The notes beneath the pieces are model-generated. The model made no database searches. It was not told the origin of the DNA and saw only the letters and a program-made list of their open reading frames with translations. Shown in pieces: positions 9,959-19,584 of a DNA stretch of 64,000 nt. Made by a program: the position numbers and the translations under genes. Within the stretch, counting starts at the first letter, position 1, and every line of letters starts with the position of its first letter. Source of the stretch: Nitrospinales bacterium (GTDB lineage: Bacteria; Nitrospinota; Nitrospinia; Nitrospinales; VA-1); NCBI GenBank assembly GCA_965223345.1, contig CBDCWG010000012.1, positions 32,001 through 96,000 of the forward strand, in the 5' to 3' direction.

Positions 9959-10729
9959 TCACGAACCGTGTTCGCGTCTCAGATAGTTCCGGGTTTCCGG
10001 GTGCACCGGATGGTCAAAAAAATCGGGGTTTTTTCCGCATTCGTGGAAAGTTCCGCGGTGCAAAAAGATCACTTCGTCGCACACCCGCCGGGCTTGCGGG
10101 ATGTTGTGGGTGACGAGCAGCACGGTGTGGCTGGTTTTGAGCGACACGATCAGCTCCTCGATCGCCGCACTGGAATGCGGGTCCAGCGAGGCGGTGGGTT
10201 CGTCCATCAACAGCACCGCCGGTTCGATGGCCAGCGTGCGGGCGATGGCCAGGCGCTGCTGCTGTCCCTGCGAAAGCGTGGGGGCCGGTTTGTGCAAACG
10301 GTCCTTCACCTCTTCCCACAGAAATACGCGGCGCAGGGTCGCTTCCACGAGCGATTCGAAATCCTGTTTGCGCTGCGGGAACAGGTGCCGCGCTCCGAAC
10401 AGCACGTTCTCGCGGATGCTCACCGGAAACACGCAGGGCGTCTGAAACACCATGCCGACGCTGCGCCGCAGATTGTAAACGTCGAGCCCCGCTTCGCCGT
10501 AGATGTCCTTTCCCTCCACACGCATCGCGCCCTCGACGCGGAACCCGCCGGTGCGGTCGTGCAGGCGGCTCAGGGCGCGCAGCAGCGTGGTTTTGCCGCT
10601 GCCGGAAGGCCCGAGGATGCCGGTGACGTGATGCCGCTTCACGACGCCTGTGAGCGCGTCGAGAACGGGTTTGCCGTTGAAGGAGATGCGGGCGTCGTTC
10701 CACTCGATGGCGATCGCGTTGGCGTTCAT
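9959..10729 (-). CDS. pstB: Phosphate-type ABC transporter ATP-binding protein
   Basis: Walker A GPSGSGKT, GMVFQ, signature LSQGQQQR, Walker B LLMDEP and H-loop VTHN; ATGA overlap with pstA. Confidence 0.88.
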   Translation of the reverse strand: MNANAIAIEWNDARISFNGKPVLDALTGVVKRHHVTGILGPSGSGKTTLLRALSRLHDRTGGFRVEGAMRVEGKDIYGEAGLDVYNLRRSVGMVFQTPCVFPVSIRENVLFGARHLFPQRKQDFESLVEATLRRVFLWEEVKDRLHKPAPTLSQGQQQRLAIARTLAIEPAVLLMDEPTASLDPHSSAAIEELIVSLKTSHTVLLVTHNIPQARRVCDEVIFLHRGTFHECGKNPDFFDHPVHPETRNYLRREHGS

Positions 10730-11574
10730 GACTGCGACTCCATGCGCATGCGGCCACGGCAGAACAGTGCGCCGGCGGTCAGGACCAGCACCAGGGTCAT
10801 GAGGATCAGCCCCGCGCCCCAGGCGTTGGTCAGCGCCGCGGGATTCAGCGCCTCCTGCGCCAGCACCAGGATGTGGGTCTGCAACGTGGGCACCGGGTCG
10901 GTCCAGGAGGCGGGCAGTTCGATACCGGAAAAGGTGGTGGCGGTGAACATGATGGCGGCGGTTTCCCCGGCGGCGCGGGCCAGGCCCAACAAAATGCCGG
11001 TGACGATGCCGTACACGCTCTGCGGCAGAATCACCGAGCGGATCAGCGCGCCGGGCGTCAGCCCCAGCGACAGGGCGGTCTCGCGGTATTTTTCCGGCAG
11101 GGCTTCGATGGCTTCCTGAATGTTCACCTGCAGAGTGGGCAGGATCATGACGGCGAGGATGCAGGAACCGGTGACCCAGGACACGCCCGCATCGAGGATG
11201 ACCGCGAAGAAAAGATAGCCCACCAGGCCGAACAGGATGGTGGGCACGGCGTTGAGCGCGTGCATGCCGTTGCGGAACAGATCCTTCAGCCGCTTCGAGT
11301 GAAGGCACTCGGTCTGAAACAGCGCCGCGCCCAGAGCGATCGGCAGACTGATGCTGACCGCACCGGCCATCAGGATCAGGGTGCCTGCGGTCTGGTAGAG
11401 GACGCCGCCTTCGACGCCGAAATTTTTCGAAGCTGAAAGCAGAAACTCAAGATCCCAGGCGGGCAGCCCGCGGATCAGCAGGGTGCCGAGGATCACCGCG
11501 AGCAGTCCGAGACCGATGCCGGTCAAAACGGCGAGCACAGCGAGGGCGGTCTTTTCAACGCGGCGCGCGTTCAT
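10726..11574 (-). CDS. pstA: Phosphate-type ABC transporter permease PstA
   Basis: Motifs LNAVPTILFGL, EAA-like loop YRETALSLG and LARAAGETAAIM; ATGA overlap with pstC. Confidence 0.88.
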   Translation of the reverse strand: MNARRVEKTALAVLAVLTGIGLGLLAVILGTLLIRGLPAWDLEFLLSASKNFGVEGGVLYQTAGTLILMAGAVSISLPIALGAALFQTECLHSKRLKDLFRNGMHALNAVPTILFGLVGYLFFAVILDAGVSWVTGSCILAVMILPTLQVNIQEAIEALPEKYRETALSLGLTPGALIRSVILPQSVYGIVTGILLGLARAAGETAAIMFTATTFSGIELPASWTDPVPTLQTHILVLAQEALNPAALTNAWGAGLILMTLVLVLTAGALFCRGRMRMESQS

Positions 11575-12437
11575 GAGCGGGCTCGCTTTAAAAACAGGTT
11601 GCCGACGGTCGTGATGGAAAGCACCAGGCAGAACAGCACCGCCCCCAGGGCCATCAGCGCGCTCCAGTGCAGATCGGTTCCCAGCGCTTCCGCCGCTTCG
11701 CGTCCGAGTTTCGAGGGGATGCTCTGGGCCGGGGCGAAGATGTCGAACCAGGGGCTGGGGATTTTGTCGAGCCCGCCGATGACCAGCATGACGGCCACGG
11801 TCTCCCCCATCGCGCGGCCCAGCCCCAGGAACACGGCGCCGGCGATGCCGGGCAGCGCGCGCGGCAGCACGGCGTGCAGCACGGTCTGCCAGCGGGTGAG
11901 GCCGAGGCTCAGCGCAGCGTCGCGGTAGCATCCGGGCACCGCCTGCAGCGCGTCTTCGGACACGGTGAGAATGGTGGGAAACACCATGATGCCCAGCAGC
12001 AGGCCCGCGGTCAGCAGGGTGTGGCCGTCGATGAGACCGAAGGTGCTCTGCACCCAGCCCGATAACAGCGCGACGCCGAGGAGGCCATACAGAATGCCGG
12101 GGACGCCGGCGAACAGTTCCATCAGCCCCTTGACGGTCAGGCGCAGCCGCGGCGGCAGAAATTCCGAGGTGAACACCGCGCCCGCCAGCGCCAGCGGCAC
12201 CACCCAGAGCAGCGCGAGTAACGTGACCATGAGGGAGCCGTAGATCAAAGGCAGCGCGCCGTAGGTTTCACCGGCCCACCAGTCGCGGCCGATGAAAAAA
12301 CCCACGCCCTCCTGCGCCCAGGCGGGCAGGGATTCGAAAAGCAGAAAGGCGAACAGAAAGAACACGCAGCTTGCGGCGAGCAGCGCCATCGCGCCCAGCG
12401 TCCAGAAGAGCGGATCTTTGAGGTTGTGTGGATTCAC
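11571..12437 (-). CDS. pstC: Phosphate-type ABC transporter permease PstC
   Basis: Motifs YGALPLIYGS, ELFAGVPGILYG and GRAMGETVAVMLVIG. The GTG start is approximate. Confidence 0.88.
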   Translation of the reverse strand: MNPHNLKDPLFWTLGAMALLAASCVFFLFAFLLFESLPAWAQEGVGFFIGRDWWAGETYGALPLIYGSLMVTLLALLWVVPLALAGAVFTSEFLPPRLRLTVKGLMELFAGVPGILYGLLGVALLSGWVQSTFGLIDGHTLLTAGLLLGIMVFPTILTVSEDALQAVPGCYRDAALSLGLTRWQTVLHAVLPRALPGIAGAVFLGLGRAMGETVAVMLVIGGLDKIPSPWFDIFAPAQSIPSKLGREAAEALGTDLHWSALMALGAVLFCLVLSITTVGNLFLKRARS

Positions 12438-12462
12438 TTTCAGGCGCTCCGGAGTGGACGGA

Positions 12463-13338
12463 TCAGGAGGGCGCGGCGGGGACGTAGCCGCTTTCCTCGA
12501 CGATCTGCCTTCCCGACGGGCTGAACAGAAAATCGATGAACTCCTTGACGATGCCGCGCGGCTCGCCGGCAACGACCAGGTTGAGATTGCGCGCCAGCGG
12601 AAATTTTCCGGAGCGGATGTTGTCGAGGGTGGGTTCGATCACCCGGTCCTGCTCCTGGATGCCGATGCCCACCACGTCGCGGTTCATCCAGGCCACGGAA
12701 AGCATGCCGATGGCGGCGTCGCTCTGGGCGATCTTGGCCTGCTCTTCGTTGTTGGACCCGGTGACCAGCCGCGCTCCCGGCGCGCGGGCGGCGGGGTCGC
12801 CGAACAGGTAACGCATGAACACGTGCCGGGTGCCGCGGTGCCGTTCCTTATCGACGACGACGATTTTGCGGTCCGGGCCGCCGACCTGTTTCCAGTTGGT
12901 GATTTTTCCGAGATAGATGTCGCGCATCTGCTGGCGGGTCAACGAGCGCACGCCGGCGTCATAGATCTCCGAGGAAACCACACACGCCACCGCATCGCGG
13001 CCGATGGGAATGCTCTTGAGTCCCGACCGGTCGAAGCGTTTTTTTTCCTTCGCGGTGATCTCGCGCGAGGCCATGCCGATCTCCACCCGGCCGCTGCCGG
13101 CGGACTGAATGCCGACTCCGGAGCCGCCGCCGTTGACGGTGATCGACAAGCGGTCTTTCTTCGCAGCGGCAAACCGCTCGGCGGCGCGGGATGCGATGGG
13201 CAGCACCGTGGTGGACCCGGCGATGCGGATGCGCTCGGTCTCGGCGGACCGGCTTGCGGGCGGCAAAACGACCGCACCCAAAAGGAAAGTGAACAGCAGC
13301 AGGCAGATTTTCGTCGGCGTTTGCATCCGGTTTTTCAT
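12463..13338 (-). CDS. pstS: Phosphate-type ABC transporter substrate-binding protein
   Basis: Signal peptide; motifs AGSTTV, GGGSGVG, MASR and IYLGKITNWKQVGG. Confidence 0.85.
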   Translation of the reverse strand: MKNRMQTPTKICLLLFTFLLGAVVLPPASRSAETERIRIAGSTTVLPIASRAAERFAAAKKDRLSITVNGGGSGVGIQSAGSGRVEIGMASREITAKEKKRFDRSGLKSIPIGRDAVACVVSSEIYDAGVRSLTRQQMRDIYLGKITNWKQVGGPDRKIVVVDKERHRGTRHVFMRYLFGDPAARAPGARLVTGSNNEEQAKIAQSDAAIGMLSVAWMNRDVVGIGIQEQDRVIEPTLDNIRSGKFPLARNLNLVVAGEPRGIVKEFIDFLFSPSGRQIVEESGYVPAAPS

Positions 13339-13367
13339 CCTTTTGATGTCGGAAGGGCAACTATATC

Positions 13368-13396
13368 TATATATATAAATATTTAAATATAGTCAA
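13368..13396 (-). promoter_or_regulatory. Sigma70-like promoter of the pst operon with an overlapping AT-rich palindromic operator
   Basis: Minus strand TTGACT-N17-TATATA. A 22-bp palindrome at 13370-13391 has one mismatched pair. Confidence 0.6.
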
Positions 13397-13489
13397 ACGA
13401 AGTTATTCGCCCGCGGAAAAAAACGACCCCAGATAAGTCGCGGAAGGTGCAAAAACCCTACAAACTATTTTTTCGGGAACGGGAAAGGA

Positions 13490-15925
13490 TCAGAAACTGC
13501 GGAGGGATTTCATTTTCAAAAGCGACAGCCGCGCTTTGAGCGAACCCCGGTCGGCGGCGCGGGAAAACCAGCGCTGCGCCTCGTGTTCATCCCGGGCGAC
13601 GCAGCGGCCGTCGCGGTACAGGCGGCCCAGATGGCAGAGCGCTTCGTCCCCGCCCTGCTCGGCGGCCAGGCGGTACCAGTTGAGCGCTTCTTGCGTGTCT
13701 TTGTCCACACCCCGGCCGGACTCGTAGAGTTTGCCGAGCGCGAACTGCGCTTTGGCGTTGCCGAGCTGCGCGGCTTTGGCATACCAGTCGGCGGCGGCCG
13801 CATAGTCGGGCGATTTTCTTTCTGCATACAGGCGGCCCAGGTTGCACAGCGCCTCTTCGTGACCGGCCTCGGCGGCGCGTCTGTACCAGGTTTCGCTTTG
13901 CCGCCTGTTCTTGGGCACACCGTCGCCGGTTTCATACAGATAGCCGAGATGATTCTGCGCGCGCGCGTTGCCGGTGCGCGCGGCTTTGCGCAGCCATTCC
14001 ACGGGCTGTGCCGGTTTTTCCGCCGAACCGGCGGCGGCTTCTTCGGGGTCGCGGTACCAGCGGGCGGCTTCCTCATAATCCTGGGGAACGCCGCGGCCGA
14101 CGAAATACATCATGCCGAGGTTTTCCCGCGCCTGATCGTGGCCCTGCGCGGCGGCGCGCTTGTACCACTGCACGGCTTCGTTGGCGTCGGCGTCGCGGCC
14201 CAGGCCGTTTTCGCACATATAACCCAGGTGGTTCTGCGCCTCGGCGTTGCCCGCTGCGGCGGCGCGTTCGATCCAAACGAGGGCTTCCTCAAGATCGCGC
14301 TTCACGGCCTGGCCGCGGTGATACAGTTTTCCCAGTTTGAACTGCGCGTCCGCATGGCCGCTGTCGGCGGCCTGCCGGTACCAGTAGGCGGCCTGGATGC
14401 CGTCCTGCGGAACGCCTTCGCCGCTCTGGTACAGGCTTCCCAGCGCGTGCTTCGCGTCGGCGTCGCCGGCGTCGGCGGCCTGTTGATACGCGGCCGCGGC
14501 TTTTTCCGGATCGCATTGCACGCCGATGCCGTGGTGCAGCGCGCGGGCCCAATGGAAACATCCGAGCGCATCCTGCAATTCGGCGGCCCGCTCGAACCAG
14601 CGCGCCGCGGCTGCCCTATCGCTGTCCTCTTCCGCATTCGCTTCGCAGACCATCCCCCAGAACACCTGCGCGTCGGGCAGGTTCTCCTGCGCCGCCCGTT
14701 CCAGCCAGAGCCGGGCTTTGTGTGCATCGGCCGCCGTCCCTTCGCCGAGACAATACAGCGCGCCGAGCAGGTACTGCGCGCGCACGTGTCCCATCTTGGC
14801 GGCTTTTTCGTACCACTTCAGGGCTTCGGCGGCGTCCTGTGCGGCGCCCAGCCCTTTCTCGCACAGCACGCCGAGGCGATACTGCGCTTCGGTGTGGCCG
14901 GCTTCGGCGGCGCGCCGGTACCAGTCCACCGCTTCCTGATATTCGCGGCGCTGGTAAAAGAAATTTCCCTTGTCGAAGAACGCGTCGGCGTCGGGCGTCA
15001 GGCGGTCGTGGGTCTTTTCCAGAAACTGCTGCGCTTCCCGGTGCCCCTGCTCGGCGGCGCGGCACATCCAGTGCAGGGCCTGGCGCGGATCCTGGGCGAC
15101 GCCCTCACCCCGGTGATACAGCGCGCCCAGCTTGAACTGCGCCTCATCCAGCCCCGCCTCGGCGGCGAGCGTGTACCAGCGCACGGCGGCCTTGAGGTTT
15201 TTTTCCACACCGCGGCCGTGCTCGAAGGCGTCGCCGAGATTGAACTGCGCGTCCTCGTTGCCGCTGCGGGCGGATTTGTTGAACCAGTCCCGGGCGAGCT
15301 TCAGATTCTTCGCGACGCCCTCGCCCTGTTCGTACAGGATGCCCAGCATGTTCTGGGCGACGTCGTTGCCGGTCTTCGCCACTTTGCGGAACCATTTCGC
15401 CGCTTCTTTCGGCGATTGTTCGACCCCTTTGCCAAAATAGTACATGCGTCCCAGATTGTATTGTGCGGCGCCGTCTCCCTGCTCGGCGGCCTGCTTGTAC
15501 CAGTGGAAACTTTCCGTCAGGTCCTGTTCGACGCCGATGCCGTTTTCATACAGCACCCCCAGAAAACCCTGCCCGTTGGCGTTGCCGCGCTCGGCTGCCT
15601 TTTTGAACCACTTGAAGGCTTCGGCTTCATCGCGGGCGACGCCCACGCCTTTGAAGTACACCACCCCGAGGTTGTACTGGGCCTGGGGCTTGCCCGATTG
15701 GGCTTCTTTGAGCCAGCGGTCGGTTTCCTGCACGCTGAGTTTCGCCGCCTGGCCGTCGTTGTTGCGGTAGACCAGCTCGGCGGACGGTCCTTCCTGCCGC
15801 TTTGCGGACAACAGATCGAGACCGCGGGCGGACAGCGTCTGGGCGGGCACGGGCGAAACCGGCGCGTGCGACAAATCGGCTGGATGGGGGACGTGTTTGC
15901 TCACGGTGGACGGATCCTCGCTCAT
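13490..15925 (-). CDS. Sel1-like repeat protein (about 19 repeats, no evident signal peptide)
   Basis: Recurrent AQxxLGxxYxxGxGVxxDxxxAxxWYxxAAxxG units across 811 aa. Confidence 0.92.
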   Translation of the reverse strand: MSEDPSTVSKHVPHPADLSHAPVSPVPAQTLSARGLDLLSAKRQEGPSAELVYRNNDGQAAKLSVQETDRWLKEAQSGKPQAQYNLGVVYFKGVGVARDEAEAFKWFKKAAERGNANGQGFLGVLYENGIGVEQDLTESFHWYKQAAEQGDGAAQYNLGRMYYFGKGVEQSPKEAAKWFRKVAKTGNDVAQNMLGILYEQGEGVAKNLKLARDWFNKSARSGNEDAQFNLGDAFEHGRGVEKNLKAAVRWYTLAAEAGLDEAQFKLGALYHRGEGVAQDPRQALHWMCRAAEQGHREAQQFLEKTHDRLTPDADAFFDKGNFFYQRREYQEAVDWYRRAAEAGHTEAQYRLGVLCEKGLGAAQDAAEALKWYEKAAKMGHVRAQYLLGALYCLGEGTAADAHKARLWLERAAQENLPDAQVFWGMVCEANAEEDSDRAAAARWFERAAELQDALGCFHWARALHHGIGVQCDPEKAAAAYQQAADAGDADAKHALGSLYQSGEGVPQDGIQAAYWYRQAADSGHADAQFKLGKLYHRGQAVKRDLEEALVWIERAAAAGNAEAQNHLGYMCENGLGRDADANEAVQWYKRAAAQGHDQARENLGMMYFVGRGVPQDYEEAARWYRDPEEAAAGSAEKPAQPVEWLRKAARTGNARAQNHLGYLYETGDGVPKNRRQSETWYRRAAEAGHEEALCNLGRLYAERKSPDYAAAADWYAKAAQLGNAKAQFALGKLYESGRGVDKDTQEALNWYRLAAEQGGDEALCHLGRLYRDGRCVARDEHEAQRWFSRAADRGSLKARLSLLKMKSLRSF

Positions 15926-16704
15926 TCCTCTAGCGTGTCGGCGATGTCCCGCACCCGCGATTTGAGGGTGATGATTTTTTCCTCGATGCCGTCCGCCATT
16001 TCCTCAAGCAGGTCCCGCTCGGGATCGGCGGCGCTGCGGATCTTCTGCATCAGGTGATACAGGCTGGAGTCGCGCATCGCCTCCAGCTCTCTCTGGATGC
16101 GATCCAGACGCGTGCGCACCTGCTGAATCTGGCGCAGCGTGCGCACCAGTTGCAGGCCCAGGGTCTCCTGTTTCTGCGCGGGCCGTTCCGCTTCCCAATC
16201 CAGCAGCACGGTGCGGATCATTTCCTCGTCCTGGCGGTCGTACGCCTGATTCAGCCGCGCCATCAGTTCGTGGCGGCGGGCCTGCTCCTCAGGATCGGCA
16301 GCGAGATCGGGATGGATTTTCTTGGCGGCCTCGCGGAACAGTTTTTTCAAGTCCTCAGACGGCTTGAAATCCTCTTTGTCTTCCTCTTCGGGCTGAAAGT
16401 CCGCGGTCTCCTGGGAAGACTGGCGGGCGCGTTCGCGCGCCGCGCGGGCGGAAGCGCGGAAATCGTCGGAGCGGGGGTAGAACTGCGCCGCCAGTTCCAG
16501 AATCCGCGCCTTGACTTCGTCGAGTTCGGTATACTTGACGCCCACCACATGGTGGTAGCGGCGTTCGAACAGGGAGAGCTCCCCTTTCAGGGTGGACAGG
16601 ACGAGTTCCTCATCGGCGAGGGTCTGCCGCAGCTCCGCCAGAAGCTGGCGCTTTTCCTGCAGTTCTTCCTGTTCAGGGGAAACGACCTGGGTGAGCGACG
16701 ACAT
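15922..16704 (-). CDS. Coiled-coil protein with an internal J-domain (DnaJ-like)
   Basis: LKKLFREAAKKIHPDL...MARLNQAY contains the HPD motif. RBS GAGGTG; ATGA overlap with the Sel1 gene. Confidence 0.78.
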   Translation of the reverse strand: MSSLTQVVSPEQEELQEKRQLLAELRQTLADEELVLSTLKGELSLFERRYHHVVGVKYTELDEVKARILELAAQFYPRSDDFRASARAARERARQSSQETADFQPEEEDKEDFKPSEDLKKLFREAAKKIHPDLAADPEEQARRHELMARLNQAYDRQDEEMIRTVLLDWEAERPAQKQETLGLQLVRTLRQIQQVRTRLDRIQRELEAMRDSSLYHLMQKIRSAADPERDLLEEMADGIEEKIITLKSRVRDIADTLEE

Positions 16705-16759
16705 GGGCACCTCGGGTTGCGCGGATCGGAAATCCTTTAAGGCATTTAAACTCAATGTT

Positions 16760-16768
16760 ATTATAGCA
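16760..16768 (-). promoter_or_regulatory. Extended -10 promoter element for the J-domain/Sel1 operon
   Basis: Minus strand TGCTATAAT in an AT-rich divergent intergenic region. Confidence 0.5.
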
Positions 16769-16837
16769 TTTCAACAAATACATTGAAATATAATTACTAT
16801 CTTATTACCCCCTAGTTTTCACTCTCTGGAGTATCGC

Positions 16838-17713
16838 ATGCCGCCGGCGCCCCCGTATATTTCGGCAGAATCGCCGTTTCTGACCACCGACACGCGCAAG
16901 GACCGCTGGGCCATCCCGTATCATTTCGAATGCCTCAACGCGCGCATCGACACGCTGCTCGGGCAAAACCGCGACGCCGTCGCCGGCAAAAAAATTCTCG
17001 ACGTGGGATCGCACATCGGCACCTTCGCCTACGCCGCGCACACGCTCGGCGCGGACTTCGTGCAGGGCATCGACGTGGAGCCGGATACGGTGCGGCGCTG
17101 TGAGGAACTGTTCAGGAAGCACAAGATCCCGGAATCGGCGTGCCGCTTCGCGGTGGAGGACTGCGTCGGGTATCTGGAACGGATTCCGGAAAACAGTTTC
17201 GACACGGTGTTCTGTTTCGGGATGCTCTATTACAGTGCGGACCCATACCGGCTGTTACAGTTGATGGGGCGGGCCTGCCGCGGGACGCTGCTCGTGGACA
17301 CGTTCACCGCCGCCTACGCCGCCGTGCAGGGCAAGGACGCGCTCATGGTGTATCCGGCGATCGACGACGCGACGCTGGAACTGCCGCTTGCGATCGTCAC
17401 GCTGACCCAGCCGCAAAAAGGCGACTATCGCCTGCCGCAGTCCTTTCCCTACAAGGGCAAGGCGCTGAGTCTGCTCACGCTGCCGACTCCGGCGCTGTTC
17501 GACATCTGGTTCCGTTCGCTGGGAATGGCGTGCACACAGCTGGACTGGACGCGCCACACACGCGGCGCGAAAACCTACCGCGATCTCTACACGCCCGAGC
17601 AGAAGAAGAACTCGCACTGGGCGGACGTGTACGCCAGCGGCATCCGCGTCGCCTACCGGCTTGAGCCCGGCGTCACGCCGGCGGAGGGGGATCGGAAGTC
17701 TCGCGATACGTGA
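16838..17713 (+). CDS. Class I SAM-dependent methyltransferase
   Basis: Motif I ILDVGSHIG, plus GIDV and FDTVFCFGMLYY; RBS GGAG. Confidence 0.82.
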   Translation: MPPAPPYISAESPFLTTDTRKDRWAIPYHFECLNARIDTLLGQNRDAVAGKKILDVGSHIGTFAYAAHTLGADFVQGIDVEPDTVRRCEELFRKHKIPESACRFAVEDCVGYLERIPENSFDTVFCFGMLYYSADPYRLLQLMGRACRGTLLVDTFTAAYAAVQGKDALMVYPAIDDATLELPLAIVTLTQPQKGDYRLPQSFPYKGKALSLLTLPTPALFDIWFRSLGMACTQLDWTRHTRGAKTYRDLYTPEQKKNSHWADVYASGIRVAYRLEPGVTPAEGDRKSRDT

Positions 17714-18968
17714 GATCGGTTTCGCGCACAATGCGGTCGTGCAGGTAGATCGCCATCCAGCGCTTGCCGCCCTCCTTGACCAGCAGCATCGCAAAATCCT
17801 TGAACAGGATTCCGGGGTGCTTTTTCTTCACCGCCTTGAACACGAGGGTGGCGTATTTGAGGACGCCCGGCACCTGGTATTTTTTCAACCAGGTCCACAG
17901 CTCGCTGCCGAGCACCTGATCGGCGGTGCGCTTGACCCGCATGGCCTGGGCCAGGCGGATTTTGAGCAGCCGGTTCACGACCGGTTTTTCCCGCAGCGCC
18001 GCCACGTCCTCGCTGAGACGCGCGATCCCCAGAAGCAGCGCGTGCAGCTTCACTTCGTACAGCGGTTCGCGCGCAGCGGGATGGTGAAACGTCGCGATGT
18101 CGCGCACCAGATCGGCGTACACGCCTTGCAGCTTCTGCGTGTCGAGGGATTGCGTACCGAACAGGATTTTTTTGCGCGAGGCGTCGGCGATTTCCTTCAC
18201 GCCGGCGGAGACCGGGCCGACGCCCTGCTGATCGGGAACGGCGTCCAGGTTTTCCAGCAGCGTCTCGGCGTCGATCTTCGCGTCGGGGACGCTTTCGCTG
18301 TAGACCTTCACCGCCAGCTCGCCGACGGTCAGGTACCAGCGGATGAGCAGGGCCTTGAACACGACGTGGTGCGCGAGCGCGCCGAGGGTTTTGAACGCCC
18401 AGAAGGTGAGATCGAAGAAACGGAACAGGGCGTAAATCCATTGCAGCCAGAAAAACACCCGGTAGCGGGCAACCAGACGCCCCCAGGTACTGCGCTGCCA
18501 TGCTTCCTTTTTCTGCCAGGCGCGCACGCACAGCAGCACGTGACGCAGGCGGAACTGCGTCACCCGCCCGATGCCGCGCATGCGGCTCAGAGCGAACGCC
18601 CGCCGCTTCAACTCGTCGAAAGCGTCGAGCAGGCTGCCGAGCCGCACCTCCGCCCAAGGGGCGTCCGAATCGGGATGGCAGGCGGCGGCGAGGCTGTGCA
18701 CATAGGCGTGGGTGTTGCCGCCGATTTTGAGATCGCTCTCGCGCAGGATCCACTGCTTTTGCAAAGCGAGGCACGGCGCGCGCAGCGCTTCCAGCGCACT
18801 GCGGCGCGTGGGGTCGTTCGCGGTGCGGGCTTCTTCCTCCAGCGCACGCAGGCGCTCCCGGTTCTCCCAGACGAGTTTGAACAGCACGGAAACGGGAGCG
18901 AGCAGGGTGAGCGCCGCCGCGAGCAGAGCGCCTGCAAAAACAGCAAGGAGAATGAATTCAGGAGTCAC
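17673..18968 (-). CDS. Hypothetical membrane-anchored helical protein
   Basis: Long ORF with an N-terminal hydrophobic helix (FILLAVFAGALLAAALTLL) and host-like codon usage. The GTG start is inferred. Confidence 0.6.
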   Translation of the reverse strand: MTPEFILLAVFAGALLAAALTLLAPVSVLFKLVWENRERLRALEEEARTANDPTRRSALEALRAPCLALQKQWILRESDLKIGGNTHAYVHSLAAACHPDSDAPWAEVRLGSLLDAFDELKRRAFALSRMRGIGRVTQFRLRHVLLCVRAWQKKEAWQRSTWGRLVARYRVFFWLQWIYALFRFFDLTFWAFKTLGALAHHVVFKALLIRWYLTVGELAVKVYSESVPDAKIDAETLLENLDAVPDQQGVGPVSAGVKEIADASRKKILFGTQSLDTQKLQGVYADLVRDIATFHHPAAREPLYEVKLHALLLGIARLSEDVAALREKPVVNRLLKIRLAQAMRVKRTADQVLGSELWTWLKKYQVPGVLKYATLVFKAVKKKHPGILFKDFAMLLVKEGGKRWMAIYLHDRIVRETDLTYRETSDPPPPA

Positions 18969-19161
18969 GCGAGCTCTTTCTTCGCAGCGTTTGCGGCGCG
19001 GTTTTTTTCCGGCCCGCCCACAATCGAGGAAAAACTGAAAAATCAGTTGGTTAATGTGGTTTTGCCGCCGGGTCCGTGCTATTATGAGTCTTGTCTCTTT
19101 CAGTCCAACCGTTCGCAACGGATCGCGTGCGATGCCGTTTCGAACCTGATCCGGCTTTCTA

Positions 19162-19584
19162 ATGTCCACTCTCAGCCGATGGCGAGCCTGCTTGTTTCTT
19201 ATTCCGGCGACATTGATTTTAACGCAATGCACGGAAACGAAAAGCGAGGATTTCGTCAAGCAGGGACATGCGTACACCCGCCAGGAACAGTACGACAAGG
19301 CGGTGGAAGCCTATCTCAAAGCGATCCAGAAACGTCCCAGCAACCCGGAAGCCTATTACGGCCTGGGAGGCATCTACAACTACAAAGAAATGCACCACGA
19401 CGCGGAGCAGGCGTTTCTCACCGCGGTGCAGCTCGACCCGACGCATTTCGACGCGATTTACAGCCTGGCGTTCACCTATGAAAAACTGGGGCGCATCGAA
19501 GAATCGGAAAAGTATTTCCAGCGCTACCGGGAACTGAAGAAAAAATTCGACGACATCGTGGAAGAGGACAAGAAAAAACCGTGA
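19162..19584 (+). CDS. TPR-containing lipoprotein
   Basis: Lipobox-like LTQC followed by three TPR units (PEAYYGLG, FDAIYSLA). Confidence 0.8.
   Translation: MSTLSRWRACLFLIPATLILTQCTETKSEDFVKQGHAYTRQEQYDKAVEAYLKAIQKRPSNPEAYYGLGGIYNYKEMHHDAEQAFLTAVQLDPTHFDAIYSLAFTYEKLGRIEESEKYFQRYRELKKKFDDIVEEDKKKP

Noticed and set aside
9959..12572. Extended starts for pstB, pstA and pstC in the ORF track
   Set aside because: ATGA-coupled internal starts for pstB and pstA, and a GTG near 12437 for pstC, give normal-sized proteins. The extensions overlap neighbouring genes.
13490..15925. DNA-level periodicity as a CRISPR array or tandem repeat
   Set aside because: It is explained by degenerate Sel1 protein repeats; there are no identical repeats with unique spacers.
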